Positions 42,285 to 52,617 of a DNA stretch of 64,000 nt are shown piece after piece (the first letter of the stretch is position 1; each line of letters starts with the position of its first letter). The DNA is from Thermoanaerobaculia bacterium. GTDB lineage: Bacteria; Acidobacteriota; Thermoanaerobaculia; Gp7-AA8. The DNA lies in assembly GCA_035629395.1 (NCBI GenBank), contig DASPHZ010000002.1:69423-133422 (forward strand). Direction: 5' to 3'. A program made the position numbers and the translations under genes. A model generated the notes under the pieces. The model did no database searches. It was not told where the DNA came from and was given only the letters and a program-made list of their open reading frames with translations.

Positions 42285-44438
42285 GTGCGCCGCGCAGCCG
42301 CTTCAGCCGCCATCTTCTTCTTCCTCGCCGCCGCCGCGTTTCACGACTACAAGCTCGAGGAGCTCGACGTCACCATCCGCGATGCCGTCGCGGAGCAACG
42401 CCTTCCGGGTGGAGTGCTGCTCGTCGAGCATGACGGCGAGCGGTATCTGCGCGCGTACGGCAAACGTGCGCTCGTGCCGCGCGTCGAGCGGATGACGACG
42501 GACACGATCTTCGACGCGGCCTCGATCACGAAGGTCGTGGCCACGGCGCCGTCGATCTGGTTGCTGATCGAGCGCGGGAAGCTGCAGCTCGATCAGCGCG
42601 TGCAGACGGTGCTGCCGGAGTTCGGCGATGCCGAGGTGACGGTGCGGCATCTGCTCACGCACACGTCGGGATTGCGGCCGGGCATCGACGGCGGCGGGTG
42701 GAGCGGGTACGACGAAGGCGTGCGCCGCGCGCTCGCGGAGACGCCGCGCAATCGTCCCGGCGCGATCTTCCGCTACTCCGACGTCAACTACATTCTCCTC
42801 GGCGAGATCGTCCGCCGCGTTTCCGGCGAGCCGCTCGACCTGTTCGCGAAGAAGAACGTGTTCGCGCCACTGGGGATGCGCGATACCCGTTTTCGTCCGG
42901 CGCAAAGCAGCCGCATCGCGCCGACCGAGGACGGGCTGCGCGGGGTCGTGCACGATCCCACCTCGCGCGCGATGGGTGGCGTGGCGGGACACGCCGGGAT
43001 GTTCACGACGGCCGAGGATCTGGCGAAGTTCGCGCGGGCCGTATTGCGAGGCAATGTGTTTCCGCGCGCGATGACGGAGGTGCAGTCGCCGGACGCGGTG
43101 GCCATCCAGCGCGCGGGCGGGTTCGACGTCGACTCCGCGTATGCGCGTCCGCGCGGCGATCTCTTTCCGCATGGCTCGTTCGGCCACACCGGCTGGACGG
43201 GAGGCTTTCTCTGGATCGATCCGTCGTCGAAGACGTTCTACGTCTTCCTCTCGAATCGCGTGCATCCGGACGGCAAAGGGAACGTCATCGCCCTGCAGCG
43301 CCGCCTCGGCACGCTCGTCGCGGAGTCCCTGCAAGGGCACTCGTTCGTGCCGCCGAAGCGCCGCGTCAGTCTCGTCACCGGCGGCGGCGACGCGCAGAAC
43401 GGCATCGACGTCCTCCACGCGAGCCGGTATGCGGCGCTGCAGGGGATGCGCATCGGCGTGATCACGAATCACAGCGGCATCGACCGCGTCGGCAATCCGA
43501 CCGTCGATCTGCTGCGCAGCGCGCCGGGTGTGACGCTCGCGGCGATCTTCTCGCCCGAGCACGGCCTGTTCGGCACGGAAGACCACGAGAACGTCACGAA
43601 CACGAGCTATCACGGCATACCGGTGTTCAGCCTCTACGACAAATCGCGCGCGCCGACGCGCGAAGAGCTCGCGAATCTCGACGCGCTCGTCTTCGACATC
43701 CAGGACATCGGCACGCGCTTCTACACGTACATCTCCACGATGGGCATGGCCATGGAAGCGGCCGCGGAGTCGAAGAAGAAGTTCATCGTGCTCGATCGCG
43801 TGAATCCCATCGGCGGCGACCTCGTCGAAGGCCCCGTTCTCGAAGGACCGCAGCACTTCACCGGCTGGCATCCGCTGCCGGTGCGTCACGGCAAAACGGT
43901 GGGCGAGCTCGCGCGGCTGTTCCGCGACGAGCGGAAGATCGACGTCGACGTGACGGTGATCGAGGTGAAGGGGTGGAAGCGCGAGCAGTGGCAGGACGAG
44001 GCGGGACTGCCGTGGGTCGACACGTCGCCGAACATGCGCTCGCTGCAGGCGGCTGGTTTGTATCCGGGACTGGGCCTGCTCGAGCGCGCCGTCTCCGTCG
44101 GCCGCGGCACCGGCACGCCGTTCGAGATCCTTGGTGCACCATACATCGACGGCGCCGTGCTCGCGCGCGAGCTGCACGGATTCCCCGGCGTTGCCTTCAC
44201 GCCCGTGCGCTTCACTCCGACCGCGAGCGTGCACAAAGGGGAAGAGTGTGGAGGCGTGCGCGTGACGATCACCGATCGGCGCGCGTTACGCTCCGTCACG
44301 CTCGGTCTCACCATCGCCTCCACGCTGCGGCGGTTGTACGGGGAGAAGTTTCCGGTCGACGAAATCCAGCCGCTGCTGCGGCATGCGGCGACGCTCGAGC
44401 AGATTCGTAACGGAACCTCATTCCCCATTCGTCCGTAG
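42285..44438 (+). CDS. fusion protein: serine-hydrolase/beta-lactamase-like (AmiE-like) N-domain plus DUF1343/NamZ-like C-domain
   Basis: N-half has SITK (SxxK) and beta-lactamase-fold motifs. C-half reads ...GIRIGVITNHSGID...DIQDIGTRFYTY..., typical of DUF1343 (exo-MurNAc-ase NamZ family). Confidence 0.75.
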   Translation: MRRAAASAAIFFFLAAAAFHDYKLEELDVTIRDAVAEQRLPGGVLLVEHDGERYLRAYGKRALVPRVERMTTDTIFDAASITKVVATAPSIWLLIERGKLQLDQRVQTVLPEFGDAEVTVRHLLTHTSGLRPGIDGGGWSGYDEGVRRALAETPRNRPGAIFRYSDVNYILLGEIVRRVSGEPLDLFAKKNVFAPLGMRDTRFRPAQSSRIAPTEDGLRGVVHDPTSRAMGGVAGHAGMFTTAEDLAKFARAVLRGNVFPRAMTEVQSPDAVAIQRAGGFDVDSAYARPRGDLFPHGSFGHTGWTGGFLWIDPSSKTFYVFLSNRVHPDGKGNVIALQRRLGTLVAESLQGHSFVPPKRRVSLVTGGGDAQNGIDVLHASRYAALQGMRIGVITNHSGIDRVGNPTVDLLRSAPGVTLAAIFSPEHGLFGTEDHENVTNTSYHGIPVFSLYDKSRAPTREELANLDALVFDIQDIGTRFYTYISTMGMAMEAAAESKKKFIVLDRVNPIGGDLVEGPVLEGPQHFTGWHPLPVRHGKTVGELARLFRDERKIDVDVTVIEVKGWKREQWQDEAGLPWVDTSPNMRSLQAAGLYPGLGLLERAVSVGRGTGTPFEILGAPYIDGAVLARELHGFPGVAFTPVRFTPTASVHKGEECGGVRVTITDRRALRSVTLGLTIASTLRRLYGEKFPVDEIQPLLRHAATLEQIRNGTSFPIRP

Positions 44439-44448
44439 ATCCATCGAC

Positions 44449-47400
44449 ATGCCCAACGCACTCGCAGTGCTCGTCCTCGCCGCCACGCTTTCCTCCCCGA
44501 AGCTGCTGACGGGCCCCACGGTGCAACTGCAACTGCGCGACGGCGACGCGATCACCATGCCCGCGCCGCGCGCGCAGAAAGGGCCGCGTCCGCGCATCGT
44601 CGAGTTCCGCGAGGCACCGGGCATCGCGCGCGGGACGACGTTCGAGCGCTTCCGCAAGGACGCCGCCGCGGCATCGCGGCTCGCGACGCATGGCGGTGCC
44701 CGCATCTGGATCCCCGCGCCGAAGCACGAGTTTCATCGCACGTTCCGCGGCGTCGCCGTCACGCTCGACGACGCGTCCGCCGAAGCGGTGCGCAGCTTCG
44801 CGTACGTGAAGGCGGTGCACGAGGACACGGAGATGCGCACGTTCGCGGAAGACACGACCCGCATCACGCGCCTCGGCGTCGATCGCGTGTGGTCCGAACT
44901 GAAAACGCGCGGCGAAGGGATCACCGTGGCGGTGCTCGACACCGGCGTCGACTACAACCATCCCGCGCTCGCCGGCAAGGTGACGAAGGGCTTCGACTGG
45001 ATCACCCACGACGAGGATCCGATCGACGAGCACGGCCACGGCACACATGTCGCCGGCATCATCGCCGGCGACACCGAAGACGTGCGCGGCGTCGCGCCGG
45101 GCGCGCAGATCCTCGCGCATCGCGTGCTCGACCAGTACGGACGCGGCTCGTCGTCCGGCATCATCGCGGCGATCGAGGCGTCGTTCGATCCGAACTACGA
45201 CGGCGATTTCTCCGATCGCGCCGACATCATCAATCTCTCCCTCGGCGGCGACGGCGATGCCGACTCGCCGACGTCGATCGCGGTCGACAACGCGGTGCGC
45301 GCGGGTGTGGTGGTCATGCTCGCCGCGGGCAACACGCCCGGCGGTCAGTCGATCGGTTCGCCCGCCGCGTCGCGCCTCGGCATCACCGTCGGCAACGCGG
45401 GTCCGGACGACCGCATGCACTTCACGTCGTCGAGCGGTCCGTCGTTTCCGGAGCTGACGCTCAAGCCGGAGATCGCCGCGCCGGGAGAGTCGATCCGTTC
45501 GGCGAAGCTCGGCGGCGGCACGCTCGTCGCGAGCGGCACGTCGATGGCCGCACCGCACGCGGCCGGCGTGGCGGCGCTGCTCCTCGCGCTGCATCCCGAC
45601 TGGAAGCCGGAAGACGTGAAGGCCGCGCTCATCGCGAGCGCGAAGCAGAACGACGCCGACGAAGTGATGCGGCAGGGCGCGGGACGTATCGACGCGTACG
45701 CCGCCGCGCTCGCGTCGAGCGCGATCTCGCCCGCGGTGGTGACGTTCGGCCGCAGCGCGTCGGCCAGGGCCTGGTCGTCGACGAGCACGGTGCGGATCAC
45801 GAACCGCAGCAGCGAGGACCGCACGTTCCGCGTGAATGCGATCGTGCCGAAAGGTGTGCGCGTCGTCGCGGATCCGGTGGCGTTCGGACTCGAAGCGGGC
45901 GGCTCGCGCGACGTGGTGCTCAGCGCGAGCATCGACGGCGAGGCCGACGCGTCGTCGATGACGATGTCCCTCGGCGGCCGCATCGAGTTCGCCGCCGGCG
46001 ACGCGACCGTGCACGTGCCGTGGATCGCGATCCAGGGGGCGCTGGCCACGGTCACGAACGCACGACCTTCGACCGTCGTCTGGGGCTGCGATCAGACGTC
46101 GGCCATCGCGCGAGAGAACGTGAACGGCGATTACGTCGCGCTGCTCCCGTACCGCGATTGCGGCGTGGTGGTGATGGGCCACGCCGCGGCGATCAGGCTC
46201 CTCGTGCAGTCGCATCAGGTCGCGCACGATCTGCAGCTCGACGGCAATCTCGACCGCGGAGCACCCTTCGAGGTGAAACTGCGCGGCGCCGGTCCCGAAG
46301 GCACCTTGCTCGCCGACCGCGCCGACGAGACGGGCTCGTATCAGGCGTCGTACCGCTTCGATTTTCCGCGCCTGGCGTTCCGCACGATCGCCATGACGAC
46401 CGTGGACGCGGCGCCGATCTATCTGAGCGCGCTGCGGGAGGACGTCACGATCTCGACGGGCGAGGCGCTGTTGGATGTGGCGAACAGGCGCCTCGTGTCC
46501 CTGCAGCATCCGGCGTTGCACGGGCTCGACTCAGCGGAGACCCTGACCTCGCCGTCCGGCGATCTGCGGCACGCGCGCGTGCAGGTGCCGGCGATGCCGG
46601 GGATGACTCTGCAGGGCCTGGCCGTGCCGTTCGTCGCCGACTATGGCGCGTTCGCCTACGTGCCGGGCGGCTCCACGGTCCCTCTGGACCAGGGTTGGAC
46701 GGGCGACGTCTACGTCACCCGCGAGCGCGACACGCCCCCGACCATCGCCACGGCACTGTTCATCGGCCGCGAGGTCCCGGGCGCCCTGAGGGCGATGTCG
46801 CGGGCGTTCCGCGCCATCGACGGCCGCATCCTCACGTCCAGCGACGTGACGCCGGCGCCGCACGCGTACGGCGTGGACGAAGGAGGAACGCTCACCCTCT
46901 TCGGGCGTCCGCGCTTCGCGGGCACGTACGTCGACGCGCTCGCGACCAGTCTGTTCGCGTACGTTTCGTTCTACGGGAGCGCGGACGAGTTCGACTTCGC
47001 GTCGGGCGCCGGGCTTTCGTACAAGCTCATGGACGGCAGCGGGCGCGTGCTGACCGAAGGTGTCACGGATTACGTGGTGGGCGGCGACTTCGGGCATCGC
47101 GGTGCGTATCGCCTCGAGGTCACCAGTTCGCGCGCGCAGATCGCGACGACGTTCGACACGTCGCGCACCGACTACAACCCGCCGACGCTTTCCTCGATGC
47201 GGTTCGAGGGCGGCACCGTGCGCTTCTCGGTCGCGGACATGCAGCTCGGCGAAGACTGGATCGTGCGCGAGGGGGGCACGCTGCAGAGCGCGAAGCTTTC
47301 GTGGCGCAACGGCGCCGGCCCGTGGCAGGAAGTGCCGGTGACGCAGCTCTTCGTCGACCGCGGCACGTACGAGGACATCGGCCACAACCCGACCGGCGTG

Positions 47401-47538
47401 CATTTCGAGGGGGACGTGCCGGAGAGCGGCCACATCGACCTGCGGTACGAGATGGTGGATACGAGCGGGAACACGTCGGTCGTGACGCTGAACGACATTC
47501 ATGGTGCGGCAATGAAGGGGCGCGCCGTGCGGCACTGA
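44449..47538 (+). CDS. S8 family subtilisin-like serine peptidase, large secreted
   Basis: VAVLDTGVD / HGTHVAGI / GTSMAAPH catalytic triad motifs. Signal peptide MPNALAVLVLAATL. Confidence 0.85.
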   Translation: MPNALAVLVLAATLSSPKLLTGPTVQLQLRDGDAITMPAPRAQKGPRPRIVEFREAPGIARGTTFERFRKDAAAASRLATHGGARIWIPAPKHEFHRTFRGVAVTLDDASAEAVRSFAYVKAVHEDTEMRTFAEDTTRITRLGVDRVWSELKTRGEGITVAVLDTGVDYNHPALAGKVTKGFDWITHDEDPIDEHGHGTHVAGIIAGDTEDVRGVAPGAQILAHRVLDQYGRGSSSGIIAAIEASFDPNYDGDFSDRADIINLSLGGDGDADSPTSIAVDNAVRAGVVVMLAAGNTPGGQSIGSPAASRLGITVGNAGPDDRMHFTSSSGPSFPELTLKPEIAAPGESIRSAKLGGGTLVASGTSMAAPHAAGVAALLLALHPDWKPEDVKAALIASAKQNDADEVMRQGAGRIDAYAAALASSAISPAVVTFGRSASARAWSSTSTVRITNRSSEDRTFRVNAIVPKGVRVVADPVAFGLEAGGSRDVVLSASIDGEADASSMTMSLGGRIEFAAGDATVHVPWIAIQGALATVTNARPSTVVWGCDQTSAIARENVNGDYVALLPYRDCGVVVMGHAAAIRLLVQSHQVAHDLQLDGNLDRGAPFEVKLRGAGPEGTLLADRADETGSYQASYRFDFPRLAFRTIAMTTVDAAPIYLSALREDVTISTGEALLDVANRRLVSLQHPALHGLDSAETLTSPSGDLRHARVQVPAMPGMTLQGLAVPFVADYGAFAYVPGGSTVPLDQGWTGDVYVTRERDTPPTIATALFIGREVPGALRAMSRAFRAIDGRILTSSDVTPAPHAYGVDEGGTLTLFGRPRFAGTYVDALATSLFAYVSFYGSADEFDFASGAGLSYKLMDGSGRVLTEGVTDYVVGGDFGHRGAYRLEVTSSRAQIATTFDTSRTDYNPPTLSSMRFEGGTVRFSVADMQLGEDWIVREGGTLQSAKLSWRNGAGPWQEVPVTQLFVDRGTYEDIGHNPTGVHFEGDVPESGHIDLRYEMVDTSGNTSVVTLNDIHGAAMKGRAVRH

Positions 47539-47551
47539 CTCCGAGACGCCG

Positions 47552-50542
47552 TTACAGCGCTGCCTCGACCGCATCCACTACGTCGAACGGTGAAGTCCCC
47601 ACCTCGGCCAGATCGCGCTCGTGCTGCTGGCGCTCGACGGGCGGCACGGGCGTTCCGAGCCGCGTGCGCAGCGCCGCGGCGGCGCCGAGGAGGCGCGGGT
47701 CGCGGCGCAATCCGCCTAATGCTTCGAGCACAGACGCGCTGCGCCAGCGGTCGCCGAGCTCCCAGTGCAGGCGCAGCGAATCCTGCAGGATCGACTCCGC
47801 CCGCCACAGTTCATTACGCGCGCGCAGCACGTATCCGAGGAGATTGAGCGACCAGGCGATGCCTTCCTTGAACCCGCCGGCGCGCGACCAGGAGAGACAT
47901 TCGTCGAGCCGCTCCTCCGCGCGATCGAACCTCCCCGAATACAGCGACGCGGCCGCGAGATTCAGCAGCGACCACGCCACGCCTTCGGTATCGCGGCGCT
48001 CGCGGAACAGTTGCAGTGTCGCCTCGCACAACTCGAACGTGCGCGCGAAATCGCGATTGAGCCACGACGCGAACGCCACGTAGTTCAACGCGCGGCCCGC
48101 GTTCGCCCGGTCCTCGAGCTCGAGCCATAGCGTGCGCGAGAACTGGTGCAGGTCGATGGCGTACTCGTATTCGCCGCGCTCGCGCGCGATCGAGCCGCGG
48201 AACTGCGCGGCGCGCGCGAGACTCATCGGGTCGCCGTGTTTTTTCGCCAGCGCGATGGACGACTCGAGCAGCTCGATGGCCTTGTCGTAATCGCACTGCA
48301 GGAACGCGAGCGCGCCCGCGCCGGCCTGCGCCTTCGCGCGCACCGGCACCTGCTCGCCCCTCGGCATCGCCAGGATGGCGTCGAGCGCGTGGCGCCCTTC
48401 CGCGTACTGCCCGCGCACATACCACGTCCACCACAATGCGGCGCCGAGGCGCAGCGCGAGCTCGACATCCTGCGACTTCGTCGCGTACTCGATCGCGGTG
48501 CGGAAGTTGTCGCCATCACATGCGAGCCGCTCGACGTCCAGCTCGTTCTCTTCCGCGATCGACATCATCAGCGTCGCATGCGCCCGCCGCACCTCGGCAT
48601 CGCGACTCGATTCGCGCAGCAGCTCGAGCCCGTATTCGCGGATCGTTTCGAGCATCGTGAAGCGTGGCGCGTCGTCGGTCGACGCGGGATCGCGGCGCAG
48701 GAACGCTTTGTCCATGAGCGACGAAACGCCGTCCACGACGTCGTCGCTGCGCGGCGCCTGAAGCCTCTCCGCCTGTTCGAGCGTAAACCCGCCGCGAAAC
48801 ACGGAGAGTGCGGCGAACAACGCCTTCTCCGAATCGTCCAGCAGGTTGTATCCCCACGAGATCGCGGCGCGCATCGTCTGCTGCCGTTCGGGGAGATCGC
48901 GCGAGCCGCCGCTGAGCAGCTTCAAGCGATTGTCGACGCGCGCGAGCATCGCCTGCGGCGGGAGCACTTTCACGCGCGCGGCCGCGAGCTCGATCGCGAG
49001 CGGGAGTCCGTCGAGACGCACGCACAGTTCCGCGATCGCCTGCGCGTTGTCGACCGTGAGTTTGAAATCGCTCTTCACCGCGGACGCGCGGTCGACGAAC
49101 AGCGCCACCGACGCATACGCCTTGAGCGCCTCGGGTGCGAGCGGCAGATCGAGCGGGGGCGTGGTGAGCGGCGGCACCGCGTATTCGCGCTCGCCGCGGA
49201 TGCGCAGCGGCGCGCGGCTCGTGGCGATGGCTTTGACGCGCGGCGCGGCCGCGAGGATCTCGGCGATGAACGGCGCGGCGTCGAGCACCTGCTCGAAATT
49301 GTCGAGGATGAGCAGCAGCGATTTCTCGCGCAACGCGTTCTTCAGCACCTCGAGCTGCGACGCACCACCTTCGTGCACGTCGAACAGCGCCGCGATCTCG
49401 GAGACGACGAGACGCGCGTCGCGAATCGCGTCGAGCGAGACCCACCACACACCGTCGTCCATCGAGCGCAGCATCTCCGCGCCGGCCGCGAGGCCCAGTC
49501 GCGTTTTGCCCGTGCCGCCGGGACCGGTGAGCGTGACGACGCGCGTGTCGTCGCGGCGGAGGAGCGAGATCACGTCGTCGCGTTCCCCGTCGCGGCCGAC
49601 GAGCGGCGGCAATTTCAGTGGCAGGTTCGTCGGCACGGACGTCTCGATCGGCACCGACTCGGTCGTGGCAACGCGCGTCGCCATCGGATCGGTCGTGCTG
49701 TCGCGCCCGACCTCGCCTTCGAGCGCCTGCAGCTCTTCGAGCAGATCGCGCGCGCTCTGGTAGCGTTGCGCGCGATCCTTCTTCAGCAGACGCGTGACGA
49801 TCGCCGCGAGCTTCGCCGGCACCGGAGCGCCGTTCGCACGCACGAGCAGCGGCGGCTCGGTGCGCAGGATCGCGGCCGCGATATCCGAGGAGCTTTCGCC
49901 CTCGAACGGGAGGCTCCCGCTGACCAGCTCATACAGCAGCACGCCGACACTCCACAGATCGCTGCGCGTATCGAGCGGCCGTCCGCGCAACTGCTCCGGC
50001 GACATGTAGAACACCGTGCCGCGCACGACGTACGGATCGGTCTTTTTCACGTCCGGCGCGGATGCGGTGACGTTGCGCGCGAGACCGAAGTCGAGCAGCT
50101 TCACGTAGCCGTCGCGGCGCAGCATGATGTTGTCCGGCTTGATGTCGCGATGCACGAGCCCCGCGGCTTCCGCGGCAGCGAGCGCGGACGCGATCTGCAG
50201 CGCCAGGTCGACCACTTCGTGCAGAGAGGCGGATGCGCGCAGCATCCGCTGACGCAGCGTCACGCCGTCGACGTACTCCGTGGCGATGAAGTGCGCATCG
50301 TCGAGCCGGCCGATGTCGTAGACCGTGAGGATGTTCGGATGATTCAGGGCGGACGCCGCGCGTGCCTCGTATTCGAGTCTTTTCTGCAGCTCCTCGTCGT
50401 TGCGCGCCGCGGCGCCGAGGATCTTGAGGGCCACGGGACGCTGCAGTTGCTCGTCGTGCGCGAGATAAACCTCCCCCATCCCACCGGCGCCGATGAGCGA
50501 GCGAATCTCGTAACGTCCGAGGCGAGAGCCGGGCAGGAGCAT
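47552..50542 (-). CDS. STAND-type signalling protein: Ser/Thr kinase + NB-ARC/AAA ATPase + TPR repeats
   Basis: Kinase motifs GAGGMGEVY, HRDIKPDN, DFGLA. P-loop GPGGTGKT. C-terminal TPR array. 996 aa. Confidence 0.85.
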   Translation of the reverse strand: MLLPGSRLGRYEIRSLIGAGGMGEVYLAHDEQLQRPVALKILGAAARNDEELQKRLEYEARAASALNHPNILTVYDIGRLDDAHFIATEYVDGVTLRQRMLRASASLHEVVDLALQIASALAAAEAAGLVHRDIKPDNIMLRRDGYVKLLDFGLARNVTASAPDVKKTDPYVVRGTVFYMSPEQLRGRPLDTRSDLWSVGVLLYELVSGSLPFEGESSSDIAAAILRTEPPLLVRANGAPVPAKLAAIVTRLLKKDRAQRYQSARDLLEELQALEGEVGRDSTTDPMATRVATTESVPIETSVPTNLPLKLPPLVGRDGERDDVISLLRRDDTRVVTLTGPGGTGKTRLGLAAGAEMLRSMDDGVWWVSLDAIRDARLVVSEIAALFDVHEGGASQLEVLKNALREKSLLLILDNFEQVLDAAPFIAEILAAAPRVKAIATSRAPLRIRGEREYAVPPLTTPPLDLPLAPEALKAYASVALFVDRASAVKSDFKLTVDNAQAIAELCVRLDGLPLAIELAAARVKVLPPQAMLARVDNRLKLLSGGSRDLPERQQTMRAAISWGYNLLDDSEKALFAALSVFRGGFTLEQAERLQAPRSDDVVDGVSSLMDKAFLRRDPASTDDAPRFTMLETIREYGLELLRESSRDAEVRRAHATLMMSIAEENELDVERLACDGDNFRTAIEYATKSQDVELALRLGAALWWTWYVRGQYAEGRHALDAILAMPRGEQVPVRAKAQAGAGALAFLQCDYDKAIELLESSIALAKKHGDPMSLARAAQFRGSIARERGEYEYAIDLHQFSRTLWLELEDRANAGRALNYVAFASWLNRDFARTFELCEATLQLFRERRDTEGVAWSLLNLAAASLYSGRFDRAEERLDECLSWSRAGGFKEGIAWSLNLLGYVLRARNELWRAESILQDSLRLHWELGDRWRSASVLEALGGLRRDPRLLGAAAALRTRLGTPVPPVERQQHERDLAEVGTSPFDVVDAVEAAL

Positions 50543-50644
50543 GTGCGGGAGTCGAATTGTAATCGTTCGCCCACGTCACGTTCCCGCAACAGCTGACCGA
50601 TTGTTCTTGCCTGCTGACCCTTGTTCTGGTTCACTGACCAGCCG

Positions 50645-50658
50645 TTCAGCGTGCTGAA
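50645..50658. promoter_or_regulatory. perfect 14-bp palindrome TTCAGCGTGCTGAA in the TetR/STAND-kinase divergent region (candidate TetR operator)
   Basis: Lies ~15 bp upstream of the tetR start, flanked by a semi-palindromic CTGGTTCACTGACCAG. Confidence 0.4.
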
Positions 50659-50672
50659 CCAGTCCGGATCGC

Positions 50673-51314
50673 ATGGTCACCACAAAATCGAAAGAAGAAG
50701 TCGTTCAGGAGTATCGCATCCAGTCGATCCAGGAGGCGACCATGCGCGTGATCGCGCGCAAGGGAATGGCCGCCGCGACGATGCAGGAGATCGCCGAGGA
50801 GGCGGGCGTCGCCAAAGGGACGATCTACCTCTACTTCCGCGACCGCGACGAGCTCGTCGAGAAGACGTTCGAGAGCGCGATGTGCCAGTTGCGCGAACAG
50901 ATCGACGAGGTCCTCGACCGCGAGGCGCCGTTCGACGAGAAGATCCGCGCCGTCATGGCGGCGCAGCTCGCGTTCTTTGCGAACAACCGCGAGTTTTTCC
51001 GCCTCTATCTGTCATTGCGCATGCCGGACGGCACGGCCGTCCGCCAGCGGCGGCAGAAGCGGACCTGTCATCCGCAGTATCGCGATCGCGTGCAGAAGTT
51101 CGCGAACGTGCTGCAGCGCGCGATGGAACGCGGCGAGATCCGCGAAGTCGATCCTTACCGCATGGCGTTGTTCATCATCGAGGGAAGTACGGCAATCATC
51201 ATCGAACGCCTCACCGAAGACGCCTCGCCGTCGCCGGACGGGGAGGTGGAGTTCATCACCGGACTCATTCTCGACGGCGTTCGGAAACGGAGTGCAATTG
51301 AAACGAGCAAGTAG
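50673..51314 (+). CDS. TetR/AcrR family transcriptional regulator
   Basis: N-terminal HTH (ATMQEIAEEAGVAKGTIYLYF). 213 aa. Confidence 0.85.
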   Translation: MVTTKSKEEVVQEYRIQSIQEATMRVIARKGMAAATMQEIAEEAGVAKGTIYLYFRDRDELVEKTFESAMCQLREQIDEVLDREAPFDEKIRAVMAAQLAFFANNREFFRLYLSLRMPDGTAVRQRRQKRTCHPQYRDRVQKFANVLQRAMERGEIREVDPYRMALFIIEGSTAIIIERLTEDASPSPDGEVEFITGLILDGVRKRSAIETSK

Positions 51315-52617
51315 TGCAGTACTCATCGCGCTTCTCGCGTCGGCGGCGCCCGGCCATGCGCAGGCGCCGGCCGGGACGCCGGCGGCCCAGACGAAGCTGA
51401 CGTTCGACGGCGCGTTGCGCCGGGCGCTCGAGGTCAACACGACCATCGAGCGTGCGCGTGAAGAGATCGGCGTGGCGGAGGCGAATCGCAGTTTCCTGCT
51501 GTCCGCGGTCATGCCGCGCATCGGGCTGAACGGCGACCTCACGCGCAACAGCATCGAGCAGACGTTCGGCGAAGGTCCGGAAGCGATCGCGATCCTGCCG
51601 CAGAACGACTGGGCGTACCGCGTGACGCTGTCGCAGCCGATCTACGCCGGACGCCGCGAGCTGCGCGCGTACTCGCAGGCGAAGATCGGCATCGAGAACG
51701 CGCGCGAAGGCACGCGGGCGACCGAGGATCAGACGCTGCTGCGGGTCTCCTCGAATTACCTCGCGGTCGTCAATGCCGATCGCCGCGTCGAAGTCGAGCT
51801 CCGCAACATCGAGCTCGCCGAGCGCCGTCTCACGCAGGCCCGCGCGTTCTACGAAGCGGGCGAAGTGACGAAGGTCGACGTGTTTCGCGCGGAGACCGCG
51901 CAGAAGGCCGCGCAGCGCCTGCTCGCCGTGGCGGAGCAGCAGCGCGAACATGCGGTCGCCCAGTTGCGCACCGATCTCGACATCGACGGCGACATCACGG
52001 TCGAAGCGCCGGCGCGCGAGCTGCCGCCGCTGCCCGCGGAAGGAGAGCTGATCGCGCGCGCGACGACCTCGCGCGCCGACATCGACATCGCCGAGAACAA
52101 CGTCCGCATCGCCGAGCTCGAAGTGCAGAAGCAGCGCGGCTTCTGGTTCCCCACCATCCGCTTCAACGGCGGCTACATCCAGCAGCGCACGCCGTTCCCC
52201 GCGAACTCGTACGCGTACGGCGGCCTGAACTTCGACGTCCCCATCTTCCAGGCGGGCGAAGTGCAGGCGCGCGTCGCCGGTGCGAAGAGCCGCGAGCGGC
52301 AGGCCGAGTCGTCGCTCGAAGAAGCGAAACTGGTCGCGCGCGAAGACGTGCGCCGCGCGCTCGCGGACCTGCAGTCGGCCGAGCGTGGCCTGCAGCTCGC
52401 GAGCGAGCAGATCCAGGCCGCGCAGGCCGAATACGAGCAGGCCTTCGAGCTCTATCGCGCCCAGGAAGCGACGTCGCTCGACGTCGCCACGTCGGAGGCC
52501 TCGCTCGCGGATGCGCGCCGCGCGGTCGCCGAAGAAACTCTCAATCTCGATCTTGCCCGCCTGCGCGTGTGGTACGCCGCGGGCGCCATCAAAGAAGCTG
52601 TCGGAGTGACGAAATGA
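51292..52617 (+). CDS. TolC-family outer membrane efflux protein
   Basis: Signal peptide AVLIALLASAAPGHAQA. OEP repeats. GTG start overlapping the tetR end. Confidence 0.8.
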   Translation: MQLKRASSAVLIALLASAAPGHAQAPAGTPAAQTKLTFDGALRRALEVNTTIERAREEIGVAEANRSFLLSAVMPRIGLNGDLTRNSIEQTFGEGPEAIAILPQNDWAYRVTLSQPIYAGRRELRAYSQAKIGIENAREGTRATEDQTLLRVSSNYLAVVNADRRVEVELRNIELAERRLTQARAFYEAGEVTKVDVFRAETAQKAAQRLLAVAEQQREHAVAQLRTDLDIDGDITVEAPARELPPLPAEGELIARATTSRADIDIAENNVRIAELEVQKQRGFWFPTIRFNGGYIQQRTPFPANSYAYGGLNFDVPIFQAGEVQARVAGAKSRERQAESSLEEAKLVAREDVRRALADLQSAERGLQLASEQIQAAQAEYEQAFELYRAQEATSLDVATSEASLADARRAVAEETLNLDLARLRVWYAAGAIKEAVGVTK

